64,000 bases of DNA from Eledone cirrhosa. Lineage: Eukaryota. Positions 50,647 through 64,000 of this stretch are shown here, piece after piece. The stretch is taken from NCBI GenBank assembly GCA_964016885.1, contig OZ024741.1, forward strand, positions 327,298,001-327,362,000, in the 5' to 3' direction. Position numbers and translations under genes: made by a program. The number at the start of each line of letters is the position of its first letter. Position 1 is the first letter of the stretch. The notes below the pieces were generated by a model that was not told where the DNA came from, did not search any database, and saw nothing but the letters and a program-made list of their open reading frames with translations.

Positions 50647-53600
50647 TGTGTGTGTGTGTGTTCGTGTGTGTGTGTGTATATGTATGCTCTTATAAATACA
50701 CACACACACAGAGACATATCTAGATATATACATACATGCATACATTCATGCATACAAACATATATACATACAAGCATACATATATATATATGCATACATG
50801 CACGTGTACATATATGCATAGATTCATGCATAAAAACATATTTAGATACAAGCTTACATATATTCATGCATACATGCATACAAACATATATACATACAAG
50901 CATACATATATATACATGAATACATACTTGCATATATTCAGGCATACAAACATATACATACAAGCATACATATATACATGCATACATATGTACAGCTTGC
51001 AGCAGATAAAGAACAAACTAGTGTAAGAAATGTCTATTTCATGTATTTATCGATCACAGTAAACACTATTCTTGATAAATTTCACTTCACTAACTTCTCA
51101 TTGTTTTATACTTAACTTGCTTATATCTCATCATTCCTGCAGATTCTTTTCTCGCTCTTTTGTCTTCGTTTCATTGCTTGCTGTGTCTGGCTATTTTCTT
51201 TTTTTTGTATATCATTTCTTCTTGCTTTTTTTCTTCAATCTTATTTCATTCCAACGTTTCACCTCTGATCATTCTATGTCGCATGGTGTCCTTATAATCC
51301 GCTTATTTTTATCCGAAATGTTTTCTGCATATTCAAACAAGCATAAAACATCAGAACCGTTCTCTGTACCCCACCAACACCACCACCAGTACATTCCTTC
51401 TTTTCACTCCTACATGGTCCAATAGGGAAGCTGCGTGGCTTGGTGGTTAAGGTGTTCGACACACGATAATAAATATCTCCTTCAAATTTACTAATAGTAA
51501 CGTATTTTTTAGAAATATTTGAATAAATTCACGAGTCTTAGCGGTTAAGGAGTTCGGCACATGATCATTAATATTTCTTTTAAAATAACCGGGCGTGCCG
51601 TTATATTACACCAAAATAATTTAGTTATGTGCCTTGAGAAATATCGGATTCAACTCAACTGGTTTACTGGTTAGTAAGTTCGGGCACAACCATAAGCTCT
51701 TGAATTTGATTCCCGGTGGCGCATTGTCTCCATCAGTAAAATATATTTCACATTGCTGAAGTCACGCAGCTGACAAAAATTCATTGTAACTGTAATACCA
51801 CCCACGACATACAGTGTGATTATCCTTGCGAACTAGGCTCAAGATATATGTGTGTATGAACTATAGCTGTACTTTATCGGTCCAGATATGACATACACTG
51901 TGCCATGTTGAATTTCGCTGAGAATTACGATGCGTGTACACATGTCTGTGAAATGCCCGTTCATTCGTACGCTAATTTCATGATGAAGATGATCAAACAA
52001 CAGAAACACTCGTCGTCGGAGATGACGGAGATACATCAGACATGTTTCAGTTGTATATATGCCAAAGGTTAAACAAATGTAAATATTAGGAAATGTTAAC
52101 GTGTATTTCAAAACGGTTGCCATTGTTGTTATATTACTAAAGTAGGGCACAGTCGAAATACCACTCTGACTTAGATGTAGAGTGTGTCACCCTCTCCCCT
52201 TCCACCTTTCGTTCGTTAATAATTAATAATCTTTGCGATTTTCTTCCTTTTCCCTCTTATTTATCATATTTATAGTTCTTTGCAAGATCACATTTTCTTT
52301 CTTTCTGTTTGATTAATGTTAAATTCTTTATCATTTTATGTAATATTAACCTAGAAATATATTTCAGTATTTTGAAATATAACATTAGATTATAGACTAA
52401 AAAAGGAAATAAATAACTACGAATACTAAACAAGTCGAACGAGTTTCAGTTATATACGGAATCAAATTTACAGAAGAACTCATAAGAGTCAACGGTCATC
52501 TAAATTTAAAAAAAATCCTGCCAGGTCAATGGGTGGCAGTAGTCCGAACTGCACGCTGGGACTACTGCCACCCAAAAGACTGGTGTAGTGGTTCAGATGA
52601 TCAATGCAAATTGACAATGGTAAGGCGCTCCCGCTCCAGTTAGAAGAGAGCTACTGACCTTCAGGAGAAGCAGCGACCCCTAATTGTATTCAGCAACCGA
52701 AACAAATATGAAGTACACCGAATCCAATGCTCCTAGGGGCAGCCCTCGTTCTCCTTATTTGCGAGTATGGACAATATTACATCGTACTCGATCCAAGAAT
52801 TTCCGGGGATTTGTTCAAATTCGTTGAAAGCCTTGGGTTTCAGCTTCAATCTCATTGAGTGACATCCTGAGCAAGTGTCTTCTTCCATTTCCTCAGGTTG
52901 ACCAAAGCACTGAGTAATATTTGTTAAACGGAAAATATCCATAAAATTACTTTCTTTGGTGGGTGGGTGCTAATTGTAATTTGTCTCCCAGTTTAGCACA
53001 ACCTCGCTCATGGGTAAATTTAGTGGAGTTTACTTTGTGGCAAGCACTCAGTCCCGATACCCGGATTAGATACTGTGAGTTAGATTAACTGCCTTTGTAT
53101 TTGTACCCGTTCACATATCTCTAGATTGAAATCTCGCCATGGGTAACGTTGTTGTCCATCAGTTTAGCGTCGATAAATAATTAAATTACCATTTCCATGA
53201 CAGAGGATTGACGGAATAGTTAAAAGAGATGAACGTGACCTATTACTGTATTATAAAAGTACATACAGAAATACAGCCAAGTAGTAAGTATTTAAATATG
53301 TTGATACTGAAAACATCCTGGTCCTATTGTACAACGCTGTTTGTTGAAAGAGATTATATTTACCGGAAAATTCTTCCATCGTAAACTTTGTTAAGTTATA
53401 TTCCAAACATCAGCTTAATAATTAGAAAGTTAGGTAAATTACTAAAATTCTTATTTTCATATCCCACAAAATTCCTATTTTCAAAGTTAATTGAAAATTA
53501 TAGGCTGTGTCAATCAGTAGATATGTGGTATCGAATGAGTTAATCAGATGACTTGATTTTATTGTTATTTATTTTCTTCAAGCAAACAGTAATTGAAGCG

Positions 53601-53884
53601 GGTTTTTAATCGCGGGTTTTTAATTGAAGACAGTTCAGCTATTAATATAATACAATCAGATGACAACTTAGAGAAGCCATCCTATCGACTAAACAGCAAA
53701 CATTCAATAAGAGTTGAGTAGTAAGTTTATGAAATTTGTAACAATAGTAAGACATTTCCAAGTCGCCTAATGACCGTACGTCAGCTGAAGTAGAGGCAAA
53801 TACAACAAGCAGAACTATATTCAATATAAGTGGGCCAAAGAAGACCTCCATTATATCAACTTCTTATATATATAAATGTGCGTA

Positions 53885-54088
<204 letters not shown>

Positions 54089-55539
54089 ATGTACAAATGT
54101 ACGTTTGTCTGAATGCTTTTATGTATGTGTGGGTGTTTATATATGAGCAACTTTCGTTTGTGTATTTCTTTACGTTGACTCTGCGCTGAAAGTAGTGTTG
54201 TTTTATTATTTCTCGAAACGACGGTTTGATAAAGATCCATAAAATATACGGTATTGTATGGTACGGACCAAAACTCCTGATGGTGACATTTGTGCGCTGT
54301 AGTGGCATCTAGCATTTCTTGGGCATTTTCAGCCTAACGGAGCCCATTCTTTTCTAGGTTTATAAAATATAAACCAGACTTTAATATAAATCTTAGGAAG
54401 GATATGATCGACTAAAATCACAATGACACGCAAGGCCATGGGGAATCTCTAACCGGACACACAAAGACAATTTGTCAAATTAATAGGCAAACCAAACAAA
54501 AACAAAAAAGAACTGAGTTGCGAGATTATTCTTCTTCCCGTTGCTGATAGTATCTGCCGGTTGCATCTCCTGGCAGAAGGAGGCAGCATTTGAACCGAGA
54601 ACTTACAAATCCAGATCAGATAATGCGGTAAAATACCGTCCATATCTTCAACAATTCTGCAAATAATCTTCCATTCGAGTGGTTCTTTAGTTAGAGACTT
54701 ACATACTATAGGATATGGGATTCGATCTCAGAGAAGAAAAAACCGGAACAGATTCCAAGTATTTCGTTCTAACAACGACTCCACTATATCGCAATTTGAA
54801 TATTTATTTATCTATTTATTTCGGTGAAATGAATAATGGATGAAATACAACATTATGCATTCGAAATGGTAAGAAGCCGCTCTGATTGTTCATTCCACCT
54901 GTAACAGAAAGTTAATAAACACATCTCACACACATCTTAGAAAAATGTATTATTAAGAGAATGAGACTATATAGGCTCAGATATGGGAAAATAATAGACG
55001 GGATATTAATATTCGGACCATACGTTGGATCTATAAGAGCTGGCTTGTGGTTAAACAACAACAATGACTATAAAATTTATGCTGTATAAAATTCACAAGT
55101 CAATTTAAAGCCGTTATATATTTAACGAATTGTTCTTAAACAAGTTAATATTTAAATGAAACAAAGAATATAAATGAAAAGGATAATAGGAAACATCGGC
55201 AACAACAAAAAACGAAAACATCAACAGCAACAACACTAAAAACAACAACGGCACCCTATTAATATTGATTTAACTGATTTATGAGTTCGTTTTGTATTTT
55301 GTTTCGTTTTCTGTTTCATGTTTATTTTTTCTTTATTTATTTATCATTTATTTATCAATCTATTCTTTAGATGTGAACGGCTCTTTAGCGAACTACATAA
55401 CTAGCTGTCAATTTGAGCTGGAGAAACAGAGAAAATTAACGAAGCGTATTTATATTATAGTCCCTGCCACCATCCTATTGATTATATTCAGTGCAATATA
55501 TGTACCAATATATATATATATATATATACATATATATAT

Positions 55540-55605
<66 letters not shown>

Positions 55606-55724
55606 TATACACATTAAAAATATATATACACACATATACAAATAAATATAAACATGCACAGACACCCACACACACATATATATATATGTACATAATATAT
55701 ATATGTATATATACACATACACAT

Positions 55725-55774
<50 letters not shown>

Positions 55775-56639
55775 GAAATACAACCGTTGTCCGCCTTATT
55801 TACATGTATGTGTATGTTCATACATTTAAATAAGGCGGACATAGGTTGTATTTCATTTCCCATGATCAATCAAGCAGAATAAAATGGCGCATTACCATAA
55901 ATTATAAAACTGTGTCTGGGTGTTTTGGCGTTATTGTTTGAATAGCCGTAACTATTGTTACCTGAAGTATTTAAAGAAAATATCATTTCCGTTCATTACA
56001 TTTTGCTGTATTAACATTTAAAAGCCTTCTCTGCAGTATCATCTCTCTACATGATGTTTATGTTATTTTTATTTATTTTTTATTATTTTTTCGGTCATGG
56101 AGGTGTATTTCAATTTGAATGTTATATAGCTAATTTATTTCAGAGAAATATTTACAGAATCCTAATTACTGCATTTTTCTGAATACGGGGCGCAATCTTA
56201 TTTTGCAGAAATTGTTTTTGGTTAAATTCAGTGATATACAGTTGTACTAAAAGATGGCTTCTGTTTATTTCGCCCAAATATTCGAAGGTTATTTTGATCG
56301 AAAAAATATTTGTTCGAAAAAGAAAGAAAAACAAAAAAAATCATGGACACAGCAAACCCCACAATGTTAAGCCAGCTGTCACGTGACAGCCGCTCTAGCG
56401 TTAAGCTAAGGGGCACCGATCCCATAAGCACCACCTCCACCATGATAGATACTAGGCAGTATTTCCAACAACAATCACAGCAACACCAACAAAAGAAAAC
56501 AAACCATAAGAATGGAATTAATGTCAACCACTATGGACTTGTGGTTCGCACTCGGGGTGTGTAATCGAGTATGGTACCTCATCCATACCAAACCTGCCAG
56601 ATAGAAATAGTCCGGGGTGGATTTGGTGATCATTTTCCA

Positions 56640-57125
56640 AATCAAATCGGTTTGGTTACCCTGCCCTACGAGTTTTATCTAGAAATGCCAGACTTGTCCT
56701 CCGATCTATTCGAAGCGGTCTACTGCTACTGGCAGAAGAACGGCAGTATTCCCCATTCTCCTGTCAGGAGCAGTAGACTGAACCGGGGCAAAGTAACGCT
56801 GAAGAGGAAAGACGAGAACAAGGGGGATACATGAGATAATTTCAGACCTTTATATCTATTAAACACATAGTTTAAGAGTTGGGTCAAGGTATTAGTGAAG
56901 AGGTTAGCGCTTGTCGTCGAGAGTTTTGTAGGGGGTCCGCAAACTTGCGCAAACCTGACCAGGTACATACTCGACAATCTCCACCTCATGTGATACATCA
57001 TAGAGAGGGTAGGATGTAAACCTTGTTTCGAAAATCAATTTAAATAATTCGAAAACTCTCCATAGGGTCAACCATCGATTACTGAAGGCGTTCTTAAGAC
57101 AGCTGGCTTCGGTCCCATCTTCGTA
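56640..57125 (+). mobile_element. Decayed Tx1 RT fragment related to the element at 10470-16213
   Basis: LPYEFYLEMPDLSSDLFEAVYCYWQKNG..VTLKRKDENKGD aligns to ORF2 LPYELYLAMPDLFPDLLEAVYCNWQQNG..VTLVRKDENKGD; stops downstream. Confidence 0.88.
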
Positions 57126-57944
57126 CCAAACCTTCGTATTCCTGTCATCTTACATCTAACAATATCCCAAATGAGTTTTCAGCATTTATTTTGTTATTCA
57201 CTGGTCAATTATAATATATTCCTCTTTTAAACAATACTCTGTTTAATTTTATTATTGTCTCATATCGGCGTACAGAATAATGAATGTGTTAATATGGACC
57301 AAGATGCGGGATGAGGAAAAAGACGATGAATATTTAGCTATTAGCGATAGTTTTGGAGAACAAAACCGGCAACATATTTCCAGTTCAACAAAATATTTTG
57401 GTTAAAAAATAATCAGAATTAAATATACGTAATATCAGATTTCATTCAAAGAAAAGGAAAAGAGACGATAGCTAGATCGTACTGTGACAATATGTTACCA
57501 TTTGTCATTTCATTGGTATTATCTACGGGGCGCAACTATTTGTAGAAGCTTCATAAAGTTTCCGGTGTCAAGAAGCTAGATTTGAACTCAGAATTTGTTG
57601 GTCACATTTGAACCTGCGAATAATGTGGCAAAGAAACCTTGGAAAATCTATTAATTTCCGGTCCTGCAGAATGAATACGATATTGCATCTATAACGTATT
57701 TCCCAATACAAATCAACCTGACACTATATATGACATGGTTAGTTATTTAAACCCCAGCATTTATGCTGGAAGTTCGCCTTAAATGAACAACTAACTGTAC
57801 ACAACAAAACATAGTTCTAAAGACACATTGCTTTAACATATAAACAAGGATGTTCAGAAATAGAAAGTCCTTGGTTATATGCTTGTCATATGCAATAACT
57901 GAAATTAGAGAAATAAATTAGTTCAAAGACAGAAAGCTCTAAAT

Positions 57945-58267
57945 CAGGTAGGGGTGTGCAATATATTTCATTGGCGGGCCACTTTTATTCATTGGAACAA
58001 CTATTAGGGCCATTAATATTTATTAAGTACTATCCCAAAGATTCACCACAATTTCTGTCCATAACATGGAACTGCTAAATTATAACACACATAACCCTAT
58101 CAGTGAAGCCCTTTAGTATAGGTCAAGTAACAAAAAATTGTATTACGGTTACGAAAAATATTCTAAGTAAGCGTACAAAGTAAAAATTAAAAATGGTCAT
58201 AGCGAGCCACTCTGACTTGTCTGGCGGACCGGATTGTGGCCCGTGGACCACCTGTTGCACGCCCCTG
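57945..58267. mobile_element. Non-autonomous hAT (Charlie-like) MITE
   Basis: TIRs cagg(tagg)ggtgtgcaa / ttgcacgcccctg, subterminal gcgggcc-type motifs, 8-bp TSD ctctaaat / ctctacat. Confidence 0.75.
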
Positions 58268-59311
58268 CTCTACATGATCATTCAAGCTGCTAGAAATAGC
58301 AGCCGAATATCCCTGAAATCAGATTTATATATAGATGTAATGTAATGTACACTATACTAGTATCTTATTTAAACTATACACAATGTACAATATACATACT
58401 AGAGCCCATTTGCTTAGGAGCTGTTATGATGTATAATTGTTTACTTATAGTTATAGTGACTGATTATATATGTATATCTTTAAAAAATAAAAACACTTCC
58501 AATTACAACAAAAATATGAGAGGTAATACGCAATCATTCTTACCCCCCAATATCACAAACACGGCCGGAGTTGGGGGAATGCTATTCGGCCTCCAGGATT
58601 CCATGTACATGATACATCATGGTACTAGCTGGAAGAAGGAAGAAAGCGATGGAAACTCATAGAAACAGCCATTCAAACTTACTGATCTCACTTTCGCCTG
58701 TGGCCAGCTCCGACTAGACAGCAGTAAGGTGATGGTATGGAATCCAAGGACGTCGACATGGTAAGTCTGAGAATGAGATGGAATGGCCATAGGTAGAAAG
58801 TTTTTTACCATGGGTGGAATAGTTTGAAACTGAGCAGAGCTGGGGTTAGTGCTAAACAATAATACAAACAAAAACAAAATAAAACAGCTAAAACAAAAAC
58901 AACAATTCTTTCAATTTTACAAATTTGCTGCAAGTTAATTAAGTAGATGACAACAGAGTTTCAAATTCTAGCTTCCATCACGAATAGAAATCTCAAACAA
59001 TAGAGATATATTTTTATTGGGAACTATTATTCTCATAACAATATCAAACGGCGCTGTGTACGTAGTAGGCAGAACATTAAGCAAATTCCCTTGATCTTCC
59101 TTCAGACATGAAATCTTTAGAATGGATATAACAAATACATTATTGGCCATAGACATCAATAGATTTATTACTCCCATCGTACTTCTGACTTTACCAATAT
59201 ATAAACAATTGAAAGCCGTGTTATTTTGTTAACATTCAGAGATTTGTAAGCTGAGAGGTGCTATTACGATTCGATTTTTACTAAACATCCCATGAAAGAT
59301 AATCCACCAAA

Positions 59312-59352
<41 letters not shown>

Positions 59353-59431
59353 TGTGTGTATGTTTGTGCGTGTATGTGTATGTGTCTGTGTGTGTCTGTG
59401 TGTGTCTGTGTGTATAAATACATACACACAC

Positions 59432-59488
<57 letters not shown>

Positions 59489-59546
59489 CATAAATACATA
59501 TGTATATCATACACACAGATACACGCGCATATATATAATTATACGC

Positions 59547-59592
<46 letters not shown>

Positions 59593-60255
59593 ACAAACAA
59601 ATTGTTGATATTGTGCCTATCTTAGAAACAATTATGCTTCCCTGATAAATAATTAAATAATATTCAAAGCATAAAAATATATCAGAGAATATACATAAAT
59701 TCATTCATTGATGTAGGGTTTGTATTTGTATATATATAACGTAATGCATGTCATATATTGTTGCGGGGTACCAATGGTTTTGCGCTATCCATCCCAGAAC
59801 CTTTTTTATCCGCATATGTTATAGAAAAACATGAGAAATATTCTGGTAAAAATATTATCTGTTTTCCAAACCTCTACTTCAATGAAATGAAATACCACTT
59901 TCTCGGGAAATGTGAGTTATTCGTTATAATATTTGTGTTGTACCCATAACCCCTGAGGGAGTCGAATGGGCGCGATATTGACATACGGCATTTCATATGG
60001 CAATTTGTAAATATCTTTTCTAGGCCTGAATACGGCAAATATCTCCGTGAGAAGATAGCGGGTCAAAGAACGGAATATGTTTAAGTTTTTCGGTAGGTTT
60101 ATCAATAAAGCCTTATACCACGCTCGTGCTCTTTTTAAAAACTCGTCTCTAATAGTAGTCGTAAGACCTCAAATCTATCAGCACCCAGGTAAATTTTCGA
60201 TAGAACTGCGCCTTACTACAACCAAGCCACCTCCCCCCAACACACACTCTAGATA

Positions 60256-60660
60256 GTGGTTTTAAGGACAGAATTAAGTACACACCCAATCATTCCTAAG
60301 CCAACCATACTAAAAATACAGAAAAAGAAGACTTATCTAGTTTGCACTCCATTTTCCCTTAAAGTAAAGAAACATGTAGGCAAGACGTTTTTAAGTTTAA
60401 TATATAGACATTTACTACCACAACATAGATATAGTAAAATATTCAATCGTAATTCCGTCAAGATATCCTAATCATGTGGAGAATCAATGAGATCAAAAAT
60501 TGCCGGAAAGAATATATTCGATATTAATCTAACCTGCTCTAGCAGATGTAAGGAGGACTGTCCTCTCCAGCAGAAATACAATATAAAATCCGTTGTGTAT
60601 ATTTTATGTATTACTTTTAACGGTATCTTATAAACTGGTATAATCGCCGGAAGATAGGTC
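60256..60660 (+). mobile_element. Penelope-like remnant (RT-endonuclease linker)
   Basis: TPFSLKVKKHVGKTFLSLIYRHLLPQHRYSKIFNRNSVKIS followed by C...C...CPL and VVY; homologous to the linker at 21900-22060. Confidence 0.8.
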
Positions 60661-60770
60661 ACACTGTTCATATCTCTTGTACTCTGGAGTTGTGGTCAAT
60701 ATTGGGCCTTGAAACATTGGTTAGCGCTTTTGTTCTGTGTATGAATATAAATAGATAATATAATATATAT

Positions 60771-60819
<49 letters not shown>

Positions 60820-60824
<5 letters not shown>

Positions 60825-61210
60825 TAATAAAAGGAATTCCAACTTTGTCTGATTTACTCGTTTTGTTTACAATCCTTTAAAATGTATAATGATATTATAA
60901 TGAAATAGTATGGTAGAATATTAAATGTCAAATATTAATTGAAAAAGTACTTTCATACTTTCGCAATCTTCAGGTTCATATTCAGTGGTGACGGTCAAGT
61001 TTGCAATTTTCGACAGTTGAAAATTGCAAACTTGACTGTCACCACTGAATATGAACCTGAAGATTGCGAAATCATGAAAGTACTTGTTCAATTAACACTT
61101 AACATTTAATAGTCTACCATACAATTTCATTATAATATCATTATAAATGTTAAAAGATTGTAAATAAAACGTGTAAATCAGACAAAGTTGGAATTCCTTT
61201 TATTAATATA
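60820..61210. mobile_element. Foldback element (~190-bp diverged arms) with two divergent HHRs
   Basis: Palindrome centred at ~61015; HHRs at 60940-60978 (-) and 61052-61090 (+). Confidence 0.85.
61052..61090 (+). ncRNA. Minimal hammerhead ribozyme
   Basis: tgaac-CTGAAGA-ttgcgaaatcat-GAAAGTACTT-gttca; palindromic AGTACT; mirror copy has stem II tgc-gaaa-gta. Confidence 0.72.
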
Positions 61211-61261
61211 ATCTTCTATACACAATCATACACACCCGTGTATATTTATTTATATATATCT

Positions 61262-61346
<85 letters not shown>

Positions 61347-61659
61347 GTGGTCAAGTATGGAATTTGTAGAGTTTTGAGGCAAAAAAAGCAAATTTCTACA
61401 AATTGTATACTTGACGACCCAATATATAAAAAGTTTCGTTTACATGCCTCCATAGATTGATAGGCGTTTCACAGATGCTGGAGTTGGGTCCTAAATACCT
61501 TCTATATGAGACCTTGAGCCAAATATCTATGGAACGTACGTAACCGTACGATAATCAATACAAACATGTAAAGGCGCCTTTTCTTAATATATATATACAG
61601 TCTGTGTGTGCATCGAGTGCGCATATTGGGTCTACCACTAATAAATCACTGAATCACGT

Positions 61660-61790
61660 ATTTAGGTTCTGAGTTCAAATCCCCCCGGTGCTAACTTTGC
61701 CTTTCATCCTTACGCGGTCGATAAAATAACGCACCAGTAATGCACTGTGATAATTGTTTGCCTTTTACCAACAGTAGAAACAATTATATA
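61660..61790 (+). mobile_element. 5'-truncated SINE (family 1)
   Basis: ttctgagttcaaatccc...tttgcctttcatccttacgcggtcgataaaataa...gtagaaacaatta. Confidence 0.75.
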
Positions 61791-61987
61791 TATATTTGTT
61801 GGTAAAATTTCAATTTCATAATATATGTGCTAAGATATATTTATTGCCTGCCCCGCCTCCCCCTTCAACTGTGACATATAATTGACAAGCCATATTCATA
61901 TTATATGTGCTCAGTTGTATAGAAATAGTTGTCTATAGCTATCTACCTATATGTGTGCGTGTGATTCTCTTTGAGTGTGTATACAGT

Positions 61988-62190
61988 GAAGGCGCGTGTC
62001 TTACTGGTTAGAAAGTTGGTTTCGCAATCGTTTGGTTGCGAGTTCAATCCTCGAACTAGGTGATGCGTTGTTTCCTAGAGCCAACCACTTTATTTCATGT
62101 TTTTCCTTCTACCAGGAGTTGCAACTGGTAGATATTATCAGCAATGGAAAGACTAATGTAACCATTTTTTCCTTGTCCCGATTGACGAGG
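61988..62190 (+). mobile_element. tRNA-derived SINE (family 2)
   Basis: gaaggcgcgtg...tggttagaaag...gagttcaatcc...cactttatttcatg. Confidence 0.7.
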
Positions 62191-62337
62191 CCCACCCCGA
62201 CTCGACCAGAGTGAATGATACAGTGAGAAATTAGTGGCAAACAGCTATGTCCCTATATATCTATCAAATTTCGCAGTATCTATCTGTTATCTCTTTCTCG
62301 CTCTTTCTTTCTTTTTCACACACACATACACACACAC

Positions 62338-62425
<88 letters not shown>

Positions 62426-62429
<4 letters not shown>

Positions 62430-63044
62430 AATATAGTGAATTTTGCAATACACTCTATGCTTAATTAAAAGCTTTTTGAAGACCTTACGCTATTGATTTA
62501 GAGTAGTGACAGTCTCACTTACTTTAAATTTTCAGCCAACAGTGGGAGATAAAGCTGACAGAGCTCTGGTTCGTACTATTTGGTACTTATCAAAGCTAAG
62601 TACTCCACCTGTTTGATGAAAATCATGAATGTTTGATTCTTATAGATTTGTAGTAATAATCAGGAACTGATTATACACTATATATACATTCATATGTATA
62701 TCGTTATTTCAGACCACCAATTCTAATTTTCAATTTCTGCTTGACCGGCAACCGCTCTGTATAATCAGTTCCTGATTATTACTAGAATTCTATAAGAATC
62801 AAACATTCATGATTTTCATCAAACAGGTGGAGTACTTAGCTTTGATAAGTACCAAATAGTACGAAACAGACCTCTGTCAGCTTTATCTCCCCCTGTTTGG
62901 TGAAAATTTAAAGTAAGTGAGACTGTCACTACTCTAAAACAATAGCGTAAGTTCCTCAAAATGCTTTTAATTAAGCATACAGTGTATTGCAAAATACACT
63001 ATATTTACATTCATATGTATATCGCTATTTCAGAGTACCAATTC

Positions 63045-63051
<7 letters not shown>
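62426..63051 (+). mobile_element. Non-coding HHR element: inverted copy plus terminally redundant ~321-nt monomer
   Basis: 62426-62677 mirrors ~62758-63010; 62675-62730 repeats directly at 62996-63051; (TA)n flanks. Confidence 0.85.
62838..62882 (+). ncRNA. Hammerhead ribozyme with U3-A8 core variant
   Basis: agct-TTGATAA-gtac caaata gtac-GAAACAG acct CTGTC-agct; all three stems pair, GUC site; mirror copy at 62553-62597 (-) has the same TTGATAA. Confidence 0.75.
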
Positions 63052-63078
<27 letters not shown>

Positions 63079-63775
63079 CTAGCTAAACCACCCATCCTTT
63101 TTTGGTATGTAGTTCTTTAAACTAAACAAAGTAAATTTGAATACATAGAAGAAAAACGTACTTTATGTAAACATGAAAACCTTAGGCACTATTCCAGCGA
63201 AATAATTACTATGTGAGCTCGGTGTCGTTTTTGACAACAGTAAAAACGCATCATGAAATAGAGGGGTGAAGTGAATAATAGACACTATTATGTACAAAGC
63301 ATAATATTGTAACAGTTATAACATCACTTAATGTATGAACATCAAGCTTAAAACGACAAATTATACAATGTCAAATCTTTAACTTAACTTAGTAATCTGT
63401 TAGAAATTGCTGGTTGAGATATATACAAAATAATATTGTTAGTCTCAAGGAATCGTCCATTTTGTTAAAGTACAAAGAGTAAATTAAAATCCGAATCAGC
63501 CGAATTACGAAAGATAACTCTTGTCTTACTTAAAGATAACTCTTGTCTTATTTAATCACGAAAATTCACACAAATAACCGAAACTTTTTTAATGTCTCAA
63601 AAGGCCCCAATATCGATTTTTGAAAGCCTTTGTAGATCATGTACAGGTTTTGTGCAAAGAGAAGATCTGTAAAAAGTTTCAAAGAAATCGCATGAATGGT
63701 TTCGAATATATGAGCCCTTATTAAAAATTGTCCACACACACACATAGAGAAAACCTCGTCTTTATGTATATATAC

Positions 63776-63811
<36 letters not shown>

Positions 63812-64000
63812 AGAGAGAGAGAGAGGGGGAGAGAAGTAGAGAGAGAGAGAGATCATTTGGCTAACTAACATTAAATATATACGTTCCATTAATCAATTGA
63901 ACATAGTTTTGCTCATTTCATTGAAAAATAACATTTCACAATGTTTCGCACAACGTTATTGCGTTCGATCGAAGCCGAAGCTGAAATATGTGACGTTAAT

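Overview
AT-rich animal genomic DNA dense in (TA)n/(TG)n/(CA)n microsatellites and retroelements. The SINE types and repeat landscape resemble octopus/cephalopod DNA (inference). Almost all ORF-track entries of [12 protein letters not shown] type are microsatellite artefacts, and no host gene is firmly identifiable. Protein-coding content comes from mobile elements: an intact full-length Tx1-type LINE with an 18-bp TSD (10470-16213); decayed RTE, CR1-like, Tx1 and mariner copies; and several Penelope-like element (PLE; RT + GIY-YIG) remnants. The main unannotated signal is about 27 type-I hammerhead ribozyme (HHR) motifs, folded by eye, on both strands. Most lie in non-coding elements embedded in (TA)n: tandem arrays of ~415-427 bp with one HHR per unit, terminally redundant monomers of ~321, ~522 and ~1001 bp, and foldback pairs. 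Many have palindromic stem III (dimeric-HHR signature), and one family carries the compensatory U3-A8 core. Together this looks like a diverse retrozyme-like (circular self-cleaving RNA) system probably mobilised by Penelope elements. All RNA folds are manual and untested.
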